DNA of 63,983 nucleotides, filler included, from Limisphaerales bacterium (GTDB lineage Bacteria > Verrucomicrobiota > Verrucomicrobiia > Limisphaerales > SIBE01), in NCBI GenBank assembly GCA_044225505.1. It is 4 parts of 4 records of this genome, joined end to end, with 100 filler letters (N's around TTAATTAATTAA, not from the genome) between each part and the next. Parts side by side here need not be neighbours in the genome. Positions count along the whole stretch, not along the records: positions 17,292 to 34,363 come from JBGAIN010000172.1; positions 34,464 to 52,151 come from JBGAIN010000004.1; 2 more parts are not named here. One strand, written 5' to 3'. Below, in pieces: positions 28,592-38,496 of this stretch. How positions within the stretch are numbered: position 1 is the stretch's first letter; each line of letters starts with the position of its first letter. A program made the position numbers and the translations under genes. Below the pieces are notes generated by a model. That model made no database searches, was not told where the DNA came from, and saw only the letters and a program-made list of their open reading frames with translations.

Positions 28592-29062
28592 TTAGAGTGC
28601 GGCCAGGACTTCCTCGGCATGTTCCTCTGGCTTTACAGTGGGCCAGATCTGGCGGATGCGGCCGTCCGGGCCGATGAGAAAGGTCACTCGGTGAGTCCCC
28701 ATATATTTGCGCCCCATGAACTTCTTTTCCCCCCACACGCCATAGGCTTCGACGAGCTTCTTTTCCGGATCAGCGAGGAGTGGAAACGGCAATTTAAACT
28801 TGGTGACAAATTTGTCGTGCGACTTTACGGGATCGGTGCTGACCCCAAGGACGATGGCCCCTTTCTTTTCGAATTCGGCAAAGTGGTCGCGGAAAGCACA
28901 GGCTTCCTTGGTGCAGCCCGGAGTGTCGTCCTTGGGATAGAAATAAAGAATCACTGAGCGTCCTTTTAAGTCTTCGAGCGCGATCTCCTTACCGCCGCTG
29001 GATTGAGCGCGGAACGTAGGCGCGGCATCCCCCACTTGCAATGGAATAACTGGCTGAGCCAT
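28592..29062 (-). CDS. bcp: Thioredoxin-dependent peroxiredoxin BCP
   Basis: ILYFYPKDDTPGCTKEACAFRD, GVSTD, RVTFLIGPDG. Confidence 0.95.
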   Translation of the reverse strand: MAQPVIPLQVGDAAPTFRAQSSGGKEIALEDLKGRSVILYFYPKDDTPGCTKEACAFRDHFAEFEKKGAIVLGVSTDPVKSHDKFVTKFKLPFPLLADPEKKLVEAYGVWGEKKFMGRKYMGTHRVTFLIGPDGRIRQIWPTVKPEEHAEEVLAAL

Positions 29063-29242
29063 GCCCAAGGTTAACGGGGGATCTAAGACTTTGGCAAGAA
29101 GCGCCCGACATGGAATGAACCGGCGACGGGCCAAGACGGATTCCAGCGGCTAATCGGCGACACCGCCGGGGTCCGGAAGCTGAGGCGTCGGGGCGCGGCG
29201 GATCTTCCCGATCCAGCGCGCAATGGTTCAAACGGGCTGCGG

Positions 29243-29833
29243 CTAAGTGAGGGCCTGATTCGGGGCCGGGCTGCTGGTTGGGCTGGAGCTGAGTTGCCGG
29301 ACACCGTCGTAGAAATAGAAGCAGCCGGAGATTCCAGTGCAAACGGCGGCTCCAAGGCTCCAAACGAGCAGCCAGCCTGGGTTCCACTTCAGGAGCCCCC
29401 ATAAGACGCAAATCATCTGCAGAACGGTCGCGACTTTTCCGATGTGGATAGGCCGCACCCGCACCCGCCCGCAACTGTAGTAAACGACGGCCAAGCCGAT
29501 GAGCAGGACCATGTCACGCCCAACGATGGTGCCGACAAGCCAGAGCGGAGTCTGGGGGAGAAACGGCCAGTGATTGAAGCTGAGCAACACGATGCCGGAG
29601 ACCAGGAGTAGTTTGTCCGCGAGCGGGTCCAGGATGGCTCCGAGTTGACTGCGCTGGTTATAGCGGCGGGCGATGTACCCGTCCACCCCATCACTCATGG
29701 CGGCGACGCCGAAGGTAAGGATGGCGGCCAGCCGATGCCATTCCACGCCTTTCTCAACGTAATAGAGGACTTGGACAATGAAGAAGGGAACAAGCAAAAC
29801 TCGAACGATCGTGATTTTGTTTGCCGTGGTCAT
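29243..29833 (-). CDS. pgsA: CDP-alcohol phosphatidyltransferase (PgsA-like)
   Basis: ANKITIVR and DGVDGYIARRYNQRSQLGAILDPLADK signature. Confidence 0.85.
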   Translation of the reverse strand: MTTANKITIVRVLLVPFFIVQVLYYVEKGVEWHRLAAILTFGVAAMSDGVDGYIARRYNQRSQLGAILDPLADKLLLVSGIVLLSFNHWPFLPQTPLWLVGTIVGRDMVLLIGLAVVYYSCGRVRVRPIHIGKVATVLQMICVLWGLLKWNPGWLLVWSLGAAVCTGISGCFYFYDGVRQLSSSPTSSPAPNQALT

Positions 29834-30108
29834 GCCCTCGTCGCAGTCTGAGACCGGTTGCGATCCGCCGTCAAGCCAACGGGAATGCGGGAGGAGATCT
29901 CGACACGCGGCGTGGTTTGGAAGAAGTCCGTTCCCTGTCCGGCGTATGCGCATCCAAGGGCAAGGGGGTGTAGCCATTCAAGTCGCTGGCGTGCAATCCT
30001 TAGCGTCACTGCAGCCAGCCAGGTTTCGGGTTGCGGCCGGTCTCCGCTGCTGGTTGGGAAAGCCTGGAGACGCCCTGCTCCTCCTGTCCCACGTCGCCAC
30101 GCTTCCCA

Positions 30109-30135
30109 GGGCAAGCCCCCGAAGTCTCCGTCTAA
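30109..30135 (+). promoter_or_regulatory. Candidate ECF promoter GGGCAAGC-N11-CCGTCTAA
   Basis: Repeated with identical spacing at 33822-33848; CGTC is a typical ECF -10 core. Confidence 0.6.
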
Positions 30136-30221
30136 CGGTGTGATGCGCCGATATAAATGTTCTAAGAAAAAGGCGAGTCAAGTGTCTGACTGATAGAAAG
30201 CGATGAGATTTACGTCGTAAG

Positions 30222-30776
30222 ATGGCTCCGGCCCAACCAGAGGAAACCCACGTGCAAACGTCGCGGGCCGAATCGATGGAAGAGTTGTTCGCAGCTCTGG
30301 AGTCGCCGTTGCTGAGTTATGCGTTGCGATTGGTGCGGCATCGGACTGTGGCCGAAGACGTGGTGCAGGACGCGTTCATGAAACTTCATACGCAATTCAA
30401 TGAGATCCGAGAACCGCGCCGGTGGCTTTATCGAACGGTACACAATCTGGCGCTCAACGATCAGCGGCGGGCGGGCAAGATCGTTCCGTTGGAAACGACC
30501 GTCGAGGGGCAGGACTCTGGCAAAGGTGAATTGATCGATCCGCAGCCATTACCGGACGAACAAATTGCCCGAGGGGAAGGGATCGGATTGGTGCGATTGA
30601 GTCTAGATAGTTTGGATGCACGCAGCCGAGAACTGGTCCAATTGAAGTTCCACGATGGGATGTCCTATCAGGAGATGAGCACCAAGACCGGCTTGACGGT
30701 TGGGCATGTCGGATACCTGCTCCACCACGCGTTGAAGTCCATCGCGGCTGAATTGTCGAGGAGTGGCGTCCTATGA
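30222..30776 (+). CDS. ECF RNA polymerase sigma factor
   Basis: LLSYALRLV...AEDVVQDAFMKL, RRWLYRTVHNLALN, ELVQLKFHDGMSYQEMS...VGYLLHHAL. Confidence 0.92.
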   Translation: MAPAQPEETHVQTSRAESMEELFAALESPLLSYALRLVRHRTVAEDVVQDAFMKLHTQFNEIREPRRWLYRTVHNLALNDQRRAGKIVPLETTVEGQDSGKGELIDPQPLPDEQIARGEGIGLVRLSLDSLDARSRELVQLKFHDGMSYQEMSTKTGLTVGHVGYLLHHALKSIAAELSRSGVL

Positions 30777-33691
30777 ATTCCCCCAAATTTGACGAGGCGC
30801 AATTGACGGCGCATCTGCTTGGGCAGCTCAAGCCGGAAGAAGCGGCGGCTGTGCGAGAGGCCATGGAACGTGACCCCGAATTGGCAGAGCTCTCCGCCCG
30901 GCTTTCACGCACGATGGGATTGGTCGCCGAGGCTCTGGCAACGCCGGCAGGTCAGATCGAGCCGCTGGGCGCGCCGCTCCGGCTCGCTCCGGCCCGCCGC
31001 GAGCGCGTGTTACAGTCCTTTAAGACGGTGACCCTGCCGAAACCCCCGCCCGTAAAACGCCCGTTGCCTTGGTTTATCCCAATGAGCGCTGCTGCGGTGC
31101 TGGTGGCTTTGATTAGCGCGCTGGCGTTTCTCCCTGAAGTGCGGATGGGCTCACGTACGAAATCGCTCGCGATGTCCCAGCGCAGTTTGGAACGTACCGA
31201 ATCCCTCCTGCGACGCTCGGAAGTTGCTGACGATAAGCGACGAAAAGCGCCCACGGCACCGGAGCCAGCGATGCCCAACGTAATGTTGAAACGCGCGTCG
31301 CCCCAGCGGCCGGGAAGTTTGGCAGCGTCGGCGAACAACAATGGAGTGGAAAGCGGACCTCAGGAGACGGCGCCAACTGACGCGGCGGAACGACAAATCG
31401 CGGGCAAAAGCTTCGCTCGATTCAGTCCGGTATTGCCCCCCGAAAGCCAGGTCCAATCAACTCCTGTCATCGATGCGGGTTCCGCGCGAGCGGCCTTGGA
31501 CACGACGGAACGTTTGAGCGAATTGAAGCAGGCAATCGATGCACCGGTTGAAATTCCGGTAGCCTCTGCGGTCACGGGCCTCGCGGCGACGGGCGGAGGA
31601 GGAGGCTTCGGTGGAGGGGGTGGGCTTGGAGTGGTCGGTAGGTCAATACCCGCAGAGAATGAACAACTAGGCAACGCAGCGACGGCGGATTTCTTTGCCT
31701 TACCTCCCGCCAATGCTCCAGCGTCGGTGACGCCCGCGCAAGCGTCTCGAAACCAGACCGAATCGTTAAGGGTTGAAACCGACGGTGCCAGACCCTCGAG
31801 CAGGCCTGCAGCGGTGCCGACGCTTGGGGATACACCGGCCTTGGGCCAGCGATTTCGAAAGTTGGCGGAAGGGGTTGATGTCGCAGGGAGCTCTCGAGGT
31901 TATGAACAAAGCGCTATTCAGGAACTCCGTCGAGGAACGCCTGCACTGACTCCAGGGGCTCCTGCCGCAGAGATGGAGCCGATTCTCGCCCAACGTGAGA
32001 AGGGATTGAGTGACGACGACTCGGCTTTGAAACGCCGCTGGAACTTCCAGAACGATTCATCGACCGATCAGAAGGAGGCGTCGCCGAATTCGCTCGGCTT
32101 CCTGCTCGCAAGGAAAGATACCGGGGGGACCCTCCCCCCTGAGGCAGGCCAAAGCGCAACGGTGGCTCTCGACGGTCTAACAGCCAGCCCTCCTGCAGTG
32201 ACTAAGCCGGAGGTTGAGACGGATTTGGCACTCCTCGGACTTGCGGTAGAGAAAACCGTCGAATCCAAAGCGAAGTCGGATTTATCCGGTGGTAGAATGA
32301 GCGTTCGTGACAGTGAAGAGACTGAGGTGCGAGCGAAACTCCGACAGGAGGTTGCCTCGGCTCAGCCGGAGGTTCTGACGAGCGACAACCGGACTTCGAC
32401 GTTTTCGCTCAATGTCACCGATGTCTCTTTCCGCCTGGCCGCCGCCAGTTTGGCGAAAGGACAACTACCCGACCCGGCAAGCGTGCGTAGTGAAGAATTC
32501 CTGAACGCGTTTGACTACCGCGATCCGGAGCCCGCCAACGGTGCCGCTGTCGGATTCGCCTGGGAACGGGCGCGATCGCCATTCGCGCAGAATCGGGATC
32601 TTTTACGGTTCGGGGTGAAGACGGCGGCGCGAGGACGCCAGGCTGGGCGTCCGCTCAATCTGGTGTTGTTGCTTGATCGCTCTGGTTCGATGGAGCGAGC
32701 GGATCGAGTGAGGATTGTCGAGGAGGCATTGCGGGTGCTGGGGCATCAACTTCGGGCTGAAGATCGGCTCAGCGTGATTACCTTTGCTAGGACGCCCCGG
32801 CTTTGGGCAGACGGCGTTCCTGGGAGTGAGGCTGGCCAGGCACTCGAACGAGCCGCCAATATTACGCCGGAAGGAGGAACCAACCTCGACGAGGCGCTCC
32901 GCCTGGCCTACGAGACCGCCCGGAAACACCAAGGGGCCGCCTCGGTTAACCGCGTGGTCTTGTTAACGGACGGAGCGGCAAATCTTGGGGATGTGGATCC
33001 GAACCGGTTGCGGAGCGTAGTCGAGACCAATCGCCTGGCAGGGCTGGCGCTCGATTGCTTCGGCGTGGGTTGGGAGGGTCTGGACGATAATCTCTTGCAG
33101 GATTTATCGAGTCATGGCGACGGACGGTATGGGTTTCTCAACAGTCCAGAGGAAGCCGCGACGGGATTCGCCGGACAATTAGCGGGCGCTCTTCAAGTCG
33201 CAGCGGCCAATGTGAAGGTGCAGGTTGAGTTCAACCCGGAGCGAGTGAAGGTCTACCGCCAGGTTGGATACGCCAAGCACCAGCTCAAAAAGGAACAGTT
33301 TCGTGATAACACGGTGGATGCGGCCGAAATCGGTGCCGCGGAATCGGGCAATGCGCTCTACGTCTTGGAAGTCAATCCAGCGGGGCAAGGGCCGATTGGA
33401 CAGGTTCGGGTACGATACCAGGTGCCTGGGACAGAACAGTATCAAGAACAAGAGTGGACCGTCCCCTACGCAGGGAGCGCGCTCCCGCTCGACCAATCCA
33501 GTCCCGCATTGCGGCTGGCGGCGGTCTCAGCTGGGTTCTCGGAATGGCTGGCGTCCAGTCCGTACGGCGCGGAAGCCTCGCCCGAACGTTTATTGCCGCT
33601 GTTACAGGGTGTCGCGGAGCGTTTCGGCAGTGACCCGAGGCCTGGTCAATTGGAAACGATGATTCGGCAGGCCCAGACCCTTGGCAAATAG
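30773..33691 (+). CDS. Anti-sigma-like N-terminus, TM helix, low-complexity linker and von Willebrand A domain (YfbK/DUF3520-type)
   Basis: ATGA overlap with the ECF; LTAHLLGQL...AVREAM; TM about aa 100-120; STFSLNVTDVSF, VRSEEFLNAFDY, LLLDRSGSM (MIDAS DxSxS), LLTDGAAN. Confidence 0.88.
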   Translation: MNSPKFDEAQLTAHLLGQLKPEEAAAVREAMERDPELAELSARLSRTMGLVAEALATPAGQIEPLGAPLRLAPARRERVLQSFKTVTLPKPPPVKRPLPWFIPMSAAAVLVALISALAFLPEVRMGSRTKSLAMSQRSLERTESLLRRSEVADDKRRKAPTAPEPAMPNVMLKRASPQRPGSLAASANNNGVESGPQETAPTDAAERQIAGKSFARFSPVLPPESQVQSTPVIDAGSARAALDTTERLSELKQAIDAPVEIPVASAVTGLAATGGGGGFGGGGGLGVVGRSIPAENEQLGNAATADFFALPPANAPASVTPAQASRNQTESLRVETDGARPSSRPAAVPTLGDTPALGQRFRKLAEGVDVAGSSRGYEQSAIQELRRGTPALTPGAPAAEMEPILAQREKGLSDDDSALKRRWNFQNDSSTDQKEASPNSLGFLLARKDTGGTLPPEAGQSATVALDGLTASPPAVTKPEVETDLALLGLAVEKTVESKAKSDLSGGRMSVRDSEETEVRAKLRQEVASAQPEVLTSDNRTSTFSLNVTDVSFRLAAASLAKGQLPDPASVRSEEFLNAFDYRDPEPANGAAVGFAWERARSPFAQNRDLLRFGVKTAARGRQAGRPLNLVLLLDRSGSMERADRVRIVEEALRVLGHQLRAEDRLSVITFARTPRLWADGVPGSEAGQALERAANITPEGGTNLDEALRLAYETARKHQGAASVNRVVLLTDGAANLGDVDPNRLRSVVETNRLAGLALDCFGVGWEGLDDNLLQDLSSHGDGRYGFLNSPEEAATGFAGQLAGALQVAAANVKVQVEFNPERVKVYRQVGYAKHQLKKEQFRDNTVDAAEIGAAESGNALYVLEVNPAGQGPIGQVRVRYQVPGTEQYQEQEWTVPYAGSALPLDQSSPALRLAAVSAGFSEWLASSPYGAEASPERLLPLLQGVAERFGSDPRPGQLETMIRQAQTLGK

Positions 33692-33821
33692 TCCTCATCA
33701 TTGCCTGATGGAAGCTGGTTCTCTTGGCAGTTGGGGCCGATCGTTTGGGCGGGAGTCGTTGGGCTGGGCTCGAGCGTTTCAGCGTTAATGAATGAAGAGA
33801 TCCACCCGCGAAACCGCAGCG

Positions 33822-33848
33822 GGGCAAACAGCGGAGCGTTCCGTCTAA
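33822..33848 (+). promoter_or_regulatory. Candidate ECF promoter GGGCAAAC-N11-CCGTCTAA
   Basis: Second copy of the 30109-30135 motif, ending 12 nt upstream of ATG 33861. Confidence 0.6.
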
Positions 33849-33860
33849 TTGCTTGAAGTC

Positions 33861-34363
33861 ATGAAGAATCCCTTGTGCGCACGTCGCATCCCCCTTCTCG
33901 CGGGGATCACCGGAGCTGTTTTGTTAGCGACCGCTTTACTGTCGCTGAGGAACGCCGCGGATGAAACCGCGGGAACGGCCCTTCCGAATCTATCGATTCA
34001 CGGCGGCATTGACGAAGGCAAGGCCAAGCTGCTGATCGAAGCTTTGCTCAGTCCGGCAAGCGGGCATCGAGAGAAGCTCATCTTCGCAACGGCGCTTAAT
34101 CATCGCATTCAGGCGAATGCGGAACGCCTCGAGCACACGTTCCAGGTCGCCTTTGAAATCTTACAGGGCGAGCCGAAAGAACTGGCGCTGACGATTGAAG
34201 GGAGCGGCCAGGTCCGGCAGGTAACGGGAGATTGGGTGTTAGATTGGGGCGTACGCCAGAACGCGGATGGCGGCAGGCTCCTGGTCATCCGACCCAAGTC
34301 GACTCGAATGGGAACGAATCACCTCAGCGTCGAAATCCGAGCGGATCAACCCGTGGCGCCGAC
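33861..34363 (+). CDS. Exported hypothetical protein, truncated by contig end
   Basis: Signal/TM-like N-terminus (RRIPLLAGITGAVLLATALLSL); frame open into the gap. Confidence 0.65.
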
Positions 34364-34463
34364 NNNNNNNNNNNNNNNNNNNNNNNNNNNNNNNNNNNNN
34401 NNNNNNNTTAATTAATTAANNNNNNNNNNNNNNNNNNNNNNNNNNNNNNNNNNNNNNNNNNNN
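34364..34463. other. Artificial contig spacer
   Basis: N44-TTAATTAATTAA-N44. Confidence 0.99.
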
Positions 34464-34808
34464 ATCGATGCTTTTCATAGGGTGAGCAGGAAGAATAGGA
34501 CGTTCCAAAGATAACCGGTATAAAGCCGGCTCCGGGATGTACCTACACCCTCGACCCGGAGATGCCATCTGTAAAGGGATAATTTTGAGAACATCCGCTG
34601 GCGTCGTGGGCTTGATTCTGGGCGCGACGGGATGCCTCCGCCAGAGGCTCCGAGGAATCGATCCAATCGAAGTCTCAGCGGGTGCCATGCGCTCTTTTAG
34701 GGAAACATCCAAGACCCTCTTGAGACGCGGACACGAGCCATGCGATTGCGCACACCTTGACTCACGACATAGCCTTCTGCCGACACGAACGCCACATTAC
34801 TTCTATCT

Positions 34809-36071
34809 ATGAATCGATTGCACCCTGCACGTTGCATCTGGCACCGTCACAACAGCCGTCCCTTAGCCATCGGCAAGGTCCTGGCTGGATTGGTATTGGC
34901 TCTAAACAGTGTTTCGTCGCATGCCCAATCGAGCACGGCGCTCGATGCGCCCGCCGTGGCGGCCACCTCGGCACCTGCCCTGCCCCAAACTCGACTGTTC
35001 GACGCGCGAGATTTCGGCGCCCTCGGCGACGGCAAGACCGATGACTCTGCCGCGCTCCAGAAAGCCATCGATGCCGCCGCTAAGGTGCAGGGCACAGTCC
35101 AACTTGCTCCCGGGACTTACCTCTGTGCCGACCTCAAGCTTCGACCCCGCACCGGCCTTTACAGTCACCCGAACTTTTCCTATGGCGCGAACGGTGGGGC
35201 GATCCTGAAATTGAACAATCCGAAGGCGGCATGCCTGCTCGACCTTCGCGGAGCGCATGGCGCTACAATCGAAGGCATCTGTTTCGACGGAGCCGACCGC
35301 ATGGGCGAGAACGTCCATGGCTTGTCTGCGGACAAGCCGGATTACGGCAGCCAGGAAGATGCGTGGAGAATTGAGCGGTGCCGCGTCTCGGGGTTCTCAG
35401 GTCACGGCGTGTACTTGAATCGGATTTGGTGCTTCTCGATTCGACATTCGATGATCTGCTTTAATAAGGGCAACGGCATCTGGATTCGAGGTTGGGACGG
35501 GTTCATTCTCGACAATTGGCTTAGCGGGAACGGGAGCGCGGGCTATGGGGCGTACGAAGAAAATGCGTCTATCACAATGACGGGGAATCGCATCGAGTGG
35601 AACGCCACGGCCGGCATCGATATCCGAGGCGGCAACCACTATAACATCACGGGAAACTACCTCGATCGTTCTGGAGGGCCTGGCATCAAGATCGTCGGGC
35701 GGGGCCAGAGCACGTCTCGCGTGATCAGTGTCACAGGCAACGTCATCTTCCGCAGCGGTGCCCCGAACTGGGGAGTTCCTCAAGGGTCCGACAATTCTCA
35801 GATGCGGTTCGAGAATGTGGAAGGGCTGACGTGCACAGGCAATACCGCGAACGTCGGGCGCAATGATGGGGGCCAAGGGGAATACTCCCCTCGGTTCGGC
35901 ATCGTCTGCCACAAACTGGCCGATTCGGTGATCACAGCGAATGTGCTATTTAAGGGCGCTCTGGAAAGTGTGCTCCTCGACGAGGGCGATCACGGCGACA
36001 ATGTGATCATCCGAGATAACGTGGGCCGATTGTACGTTCGGCCCACTCCAAGCCCGGCTCCTCAAAAATGA
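34809..36071 (+). CDS. Secreted right-handed parallel beta-helix protein (pectate lyase-3/GH28-like N-terminus)
   Basis: FDARDFGALGDGKTDDSAALQKAID..GTVQLAPGTY; repeated ITGNxI beta-helix turns. Confidence 0.85.
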   Translation: MNRLHPARCIWHRHNSRPLAIGKVLAGLVLALNSVSSHAQSSTALDAPAVAATSAPALPQTRLFDARDFGALGDGKTDDSAALQKAIDAAAKVQGTVQLAPGTYLCADLKLRPRTGLYSHPNFSYGANGGAILKLNNPKAACLLDLRGAHGATIEGICFDGADRMGENVHGLSADKPDYGSQEDAWRIERCRVSGFSGHGVYLNRIWCFSIRHSMICFNKGNGIWIRGWDGFILDNWLSGNGSAGYGAYEENASITMTGNRIEWNATAGIDIRGGNHYNITGNYLDRSGGPGIKIVGRGQSTSRVISVTGNVIFRSGAPNWGVPQGSDNSQMRFENVEGLTCTGNTANVGRNDGGQGEYSPRFGIVCHKLADSVITANVLFKGALESVLLDEGDHGDNVIIRDNVGRLYVRPTPSPAPQK

Positions 36072-36133
36072 AATCCGGCCGCGGCGCGCGATGGTCTTCG
36101 CACCGGCGCGCGCAACATAAGTCCATTGGGTGA

Positions 36134-38467
36134 TCAGAATCGTTCCGGTCGCGCGGGTCCAGAGTAGGGCTTCGCACCGCCGGTCGGGACGACGAGCGGG
36201 TGAGCTTTGGTCGTGTTTCTCTCCACCTCGGAAGGTGCGCCGATGAATCCGTGGTAACGCCCCATCCAATACGCCAGCAGCCAGGCGGACGGTTCGATAA
36301 CGTCGCGTCCCCCGGAACCTCCGTCCGCTTCCATCGCCCAATGATCCCATCGCATCGGTCCCGTCTCCCGCGGCGAGAATGTCCGGATTCCAGCTTTGAG
36401 CGCTTGGTACCCTGGGGGTGTTCGAAGGTCAGCGCGGTGAGAGTTGCGAAAAGACCAACCCACTAGATCGAGCGGCCATTCTCGCAAATGCGCCACGGCC
36501 GGCCCCGTTTCGCAGTCGTTTCCAGTCAGTGAACCGTAGATAAAGTTAAACCAGGGGTTCTGTTCAATACGGACTAACTCCCAACTCCGTTCCAGGCTCC
36601 GGCGATAGGTCGATCGCAAGTCCGGATCCGTCTCGTATTTGAGAAGGTTTGCATAGCTCCAGAGCCCCAACTCGTCCAGAAAATGCAGCACCGCCTCGGG
36701 AGGAAACGTGTTGCGTTGCCGCACGGTATGCGCGGGGTATCCTAACCGGATGAGCTCTTGATAAGCCGAGTGAACCTTGGAGTCGTCCGTCAATGCCGTT
36801 GCGGTCTTGATGAACGACAGCATCTGCAGACACTGCAACCCGCGGTCGTATTTGCCTTCGTCCGTCATGAAGTATTCCGGATCCCAACGGCCCCATCGAG
36901 TTGGAGCCCCGTCCAGGTCAACCAATTTCCAACCGTGATCGATCAGATGTAACGCGATTCGACGGAGGAGCGCCTTGGCCTGAAAGACTTCGTCCCCCTG
37001 CGCCACGTGCTCGAGAAAGAGGATAACCGAATAGAAGTGCGAGCAGATTTCATCGCTCGACGTATCGCCCTTCCATTCGAACCGCCCATCCGGCGTCGCA
37101 TGCCATTCTGCATGCGGCCCGCCACTACCATGCATGGCTTGGTGACCTTTCTCTCCACGAGCCCAAACGGAACGGGCAGGAAAGCCTGGAATGCCAGTGA
37201 TTGCTTCCAGCCATCTCAGAGCGTGAAAAGTATTCACCGCTTCCCGGCGCGCTTCCGGCTCTTTGGTCACTGCGTATCGATACGACTGGGCTGCCAGATA
37301 ATTCCCCGAGTAGCCGCCGTCATTGTCGCTTACCTCACGCACAAACTCACCGGCCGCATCGTCCCATTCGAGTTTATGCACAAATCCCAGGCGTTTTTGC
37401 CCCCAACGTTCGAGGTAAGCTTGGTAGTAATCAGCCTTTGCGGAAAGCGTAGTCGGCTGGAACTCGATAATGCCAAGCCCCGCCGGAGTAGCGAAATATG
37501 CTTTTCGCTCGCCCACGGCTATCGCTGTAACCTGGTCGTGGGGTAACCAACGCCGCCCGGCGAAGTAATGGAAACGATCTCCGATTTTGCGAATTGCTCC
37601 TTGCGTTGTGCCAATCCAAAGGTCATTGGCAAAACCCCGGGCCAAACACGTCGTGTCTTCGTAACACAATCCATCGATGCCGCGCACCGAACTCAGTGCC
37701 ATGCCTCGCAGTAATCCCAACCCGCGGTCCGTTGCGATCCATAGCGCCGCCCCAGAGCTCAGCGCGTCACGCGTTACGGTGGAGGGGAGCTGGCCCCAGT
37801 CCCAGGCCCCGTCCGCCGTCCAGTCGTAGACGTTACGCGTTCCAATGCGGCTCGCTTCCACTAGGGCCAACCGACCGGAGCCGAGCGCATACAGGGACTC
37901 GCAATGCGCAACGATGCGTCGGATTGGGAAAGGACTCGGCTCCTTTCCGAACGCTTCCAGTTGAGTTCCCTTCACCAGCCAAAGATCTCGGTCACCAGCC
38001 ACAAGACTGCTTCCCCGATGCTCGACGACATCCACGACAGGTTGCGCAGTCAAGGTTTGCCATTCTCCATTTCGAAGTCGGCGCAAACCGTGACGAGAAA
38101 TTTCCCAGAGCGCGTCGTCCGTAGCAACAAGACGGTCGATCGGTGCGCGATGTTCCGAGACTGGTGCCAAATTGTCTCCTTGGAGCGAGTAGAGACCGGT
38201 CGAGGACCCAATCCAGACCGTGCCGTCGTAAACTGCTACGGCGCTAAGCGGCTCTTTAGAGGCGACTTGTCGGCCCGTCTCCTGCAGAAACATCGAGTCC
38301 GGTTCCGGATCCCTCGCTGGCGCAGCCAAACTGAATAGGCCGAGCCAAAGCCAGAGTGCACCTAATGCCATCGTTCGGCTTGCTTGAGAGAAACGACGCC
38401 CACGCCCACTCTGGAATGGGTCTACCGGCCACAAGGCCGCGAGTAGCGGCCATCGAATCGGTTGCAT
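36134..38467 (-). CDS. Secreted two-domain hypothetical protein (beta-propeller plus probable alpha/alpha barrel)
   Basis: N-half repeats (VWIGSSTGL, LWIATDRGL, LWIGTTQG); C-half SDNDGGYSGNYLAA, WKGDTSSDE, WLLAYWMGRYHG. Start uncertain; ORF open to 38614. Confidence 0.7.
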   Translation of the reverse strand: MQPIRWPLLAALWPVDPFQSGRGRRFSQASRTMALGALWLWLGLFSLAAPARDPEPDSMFLQETGRQVASKEPLSAVAVYDGTVWIGSSTGLYSLQGDNLAPVSEHRAPIDRLVATDDALWEISRHGLRRLRNGEWQTLTAQPVVDVVEHRGSSLVAGDRDLWLVKGTQLEAFGKEPSPFPIRRIVAHCESLYALGSGRLALVEASRIGTRNVYDWTADGAWDWGQLPSTVTRDALSSGAALWIATDRGLGLLRGMALSSVRGIDGLCYEDTTCLARGFANDLWIGTTQGAIRKIGDRFHYFAGRRWLPHDQVTAIAVGERKAYFATPAGLGIIEFQPTTLSAKADYYQAYLERWGQKRLGFVHKLEWDDAAGEFVREVSDNDGGYSGNYLAAQSYRYAVTKEPEARREAVNTFHALRWLEAITGIPGFPARSVWARGEKGHQAMHGSGGPHAEWHATPDGRFEWKGDTSSDEICSHFYSVILFLEHVAQGDEVFQAKALLRRIALHLIDHGWKLVDLDGAPTRWGRWDPEYFMTDEGKYDRGLQCLQMLSFIKTATALTDDSKVHSAYQELIRLGYPAHTVRQRNTFPPEAVLHFLDELGLWSYANLLKYETDPDLRSTYRRSLERSWELVRIEQNPWFNFIYGSLTGNDCETGPAVAHLREWPLDLVGWSFRNSHRADLRTPPGYQALKAGIRTFSPRETGPMRWDHWAMEADGGSGGRDVIEPSAWLLAYWMGRYHGFIGAPSEVERNTTKAHPLVVPTGGAKPYSGPARPERF

Positions 38468-38496
38468 AACGGCCATGAGAGAACGCGCGGCGGTGA

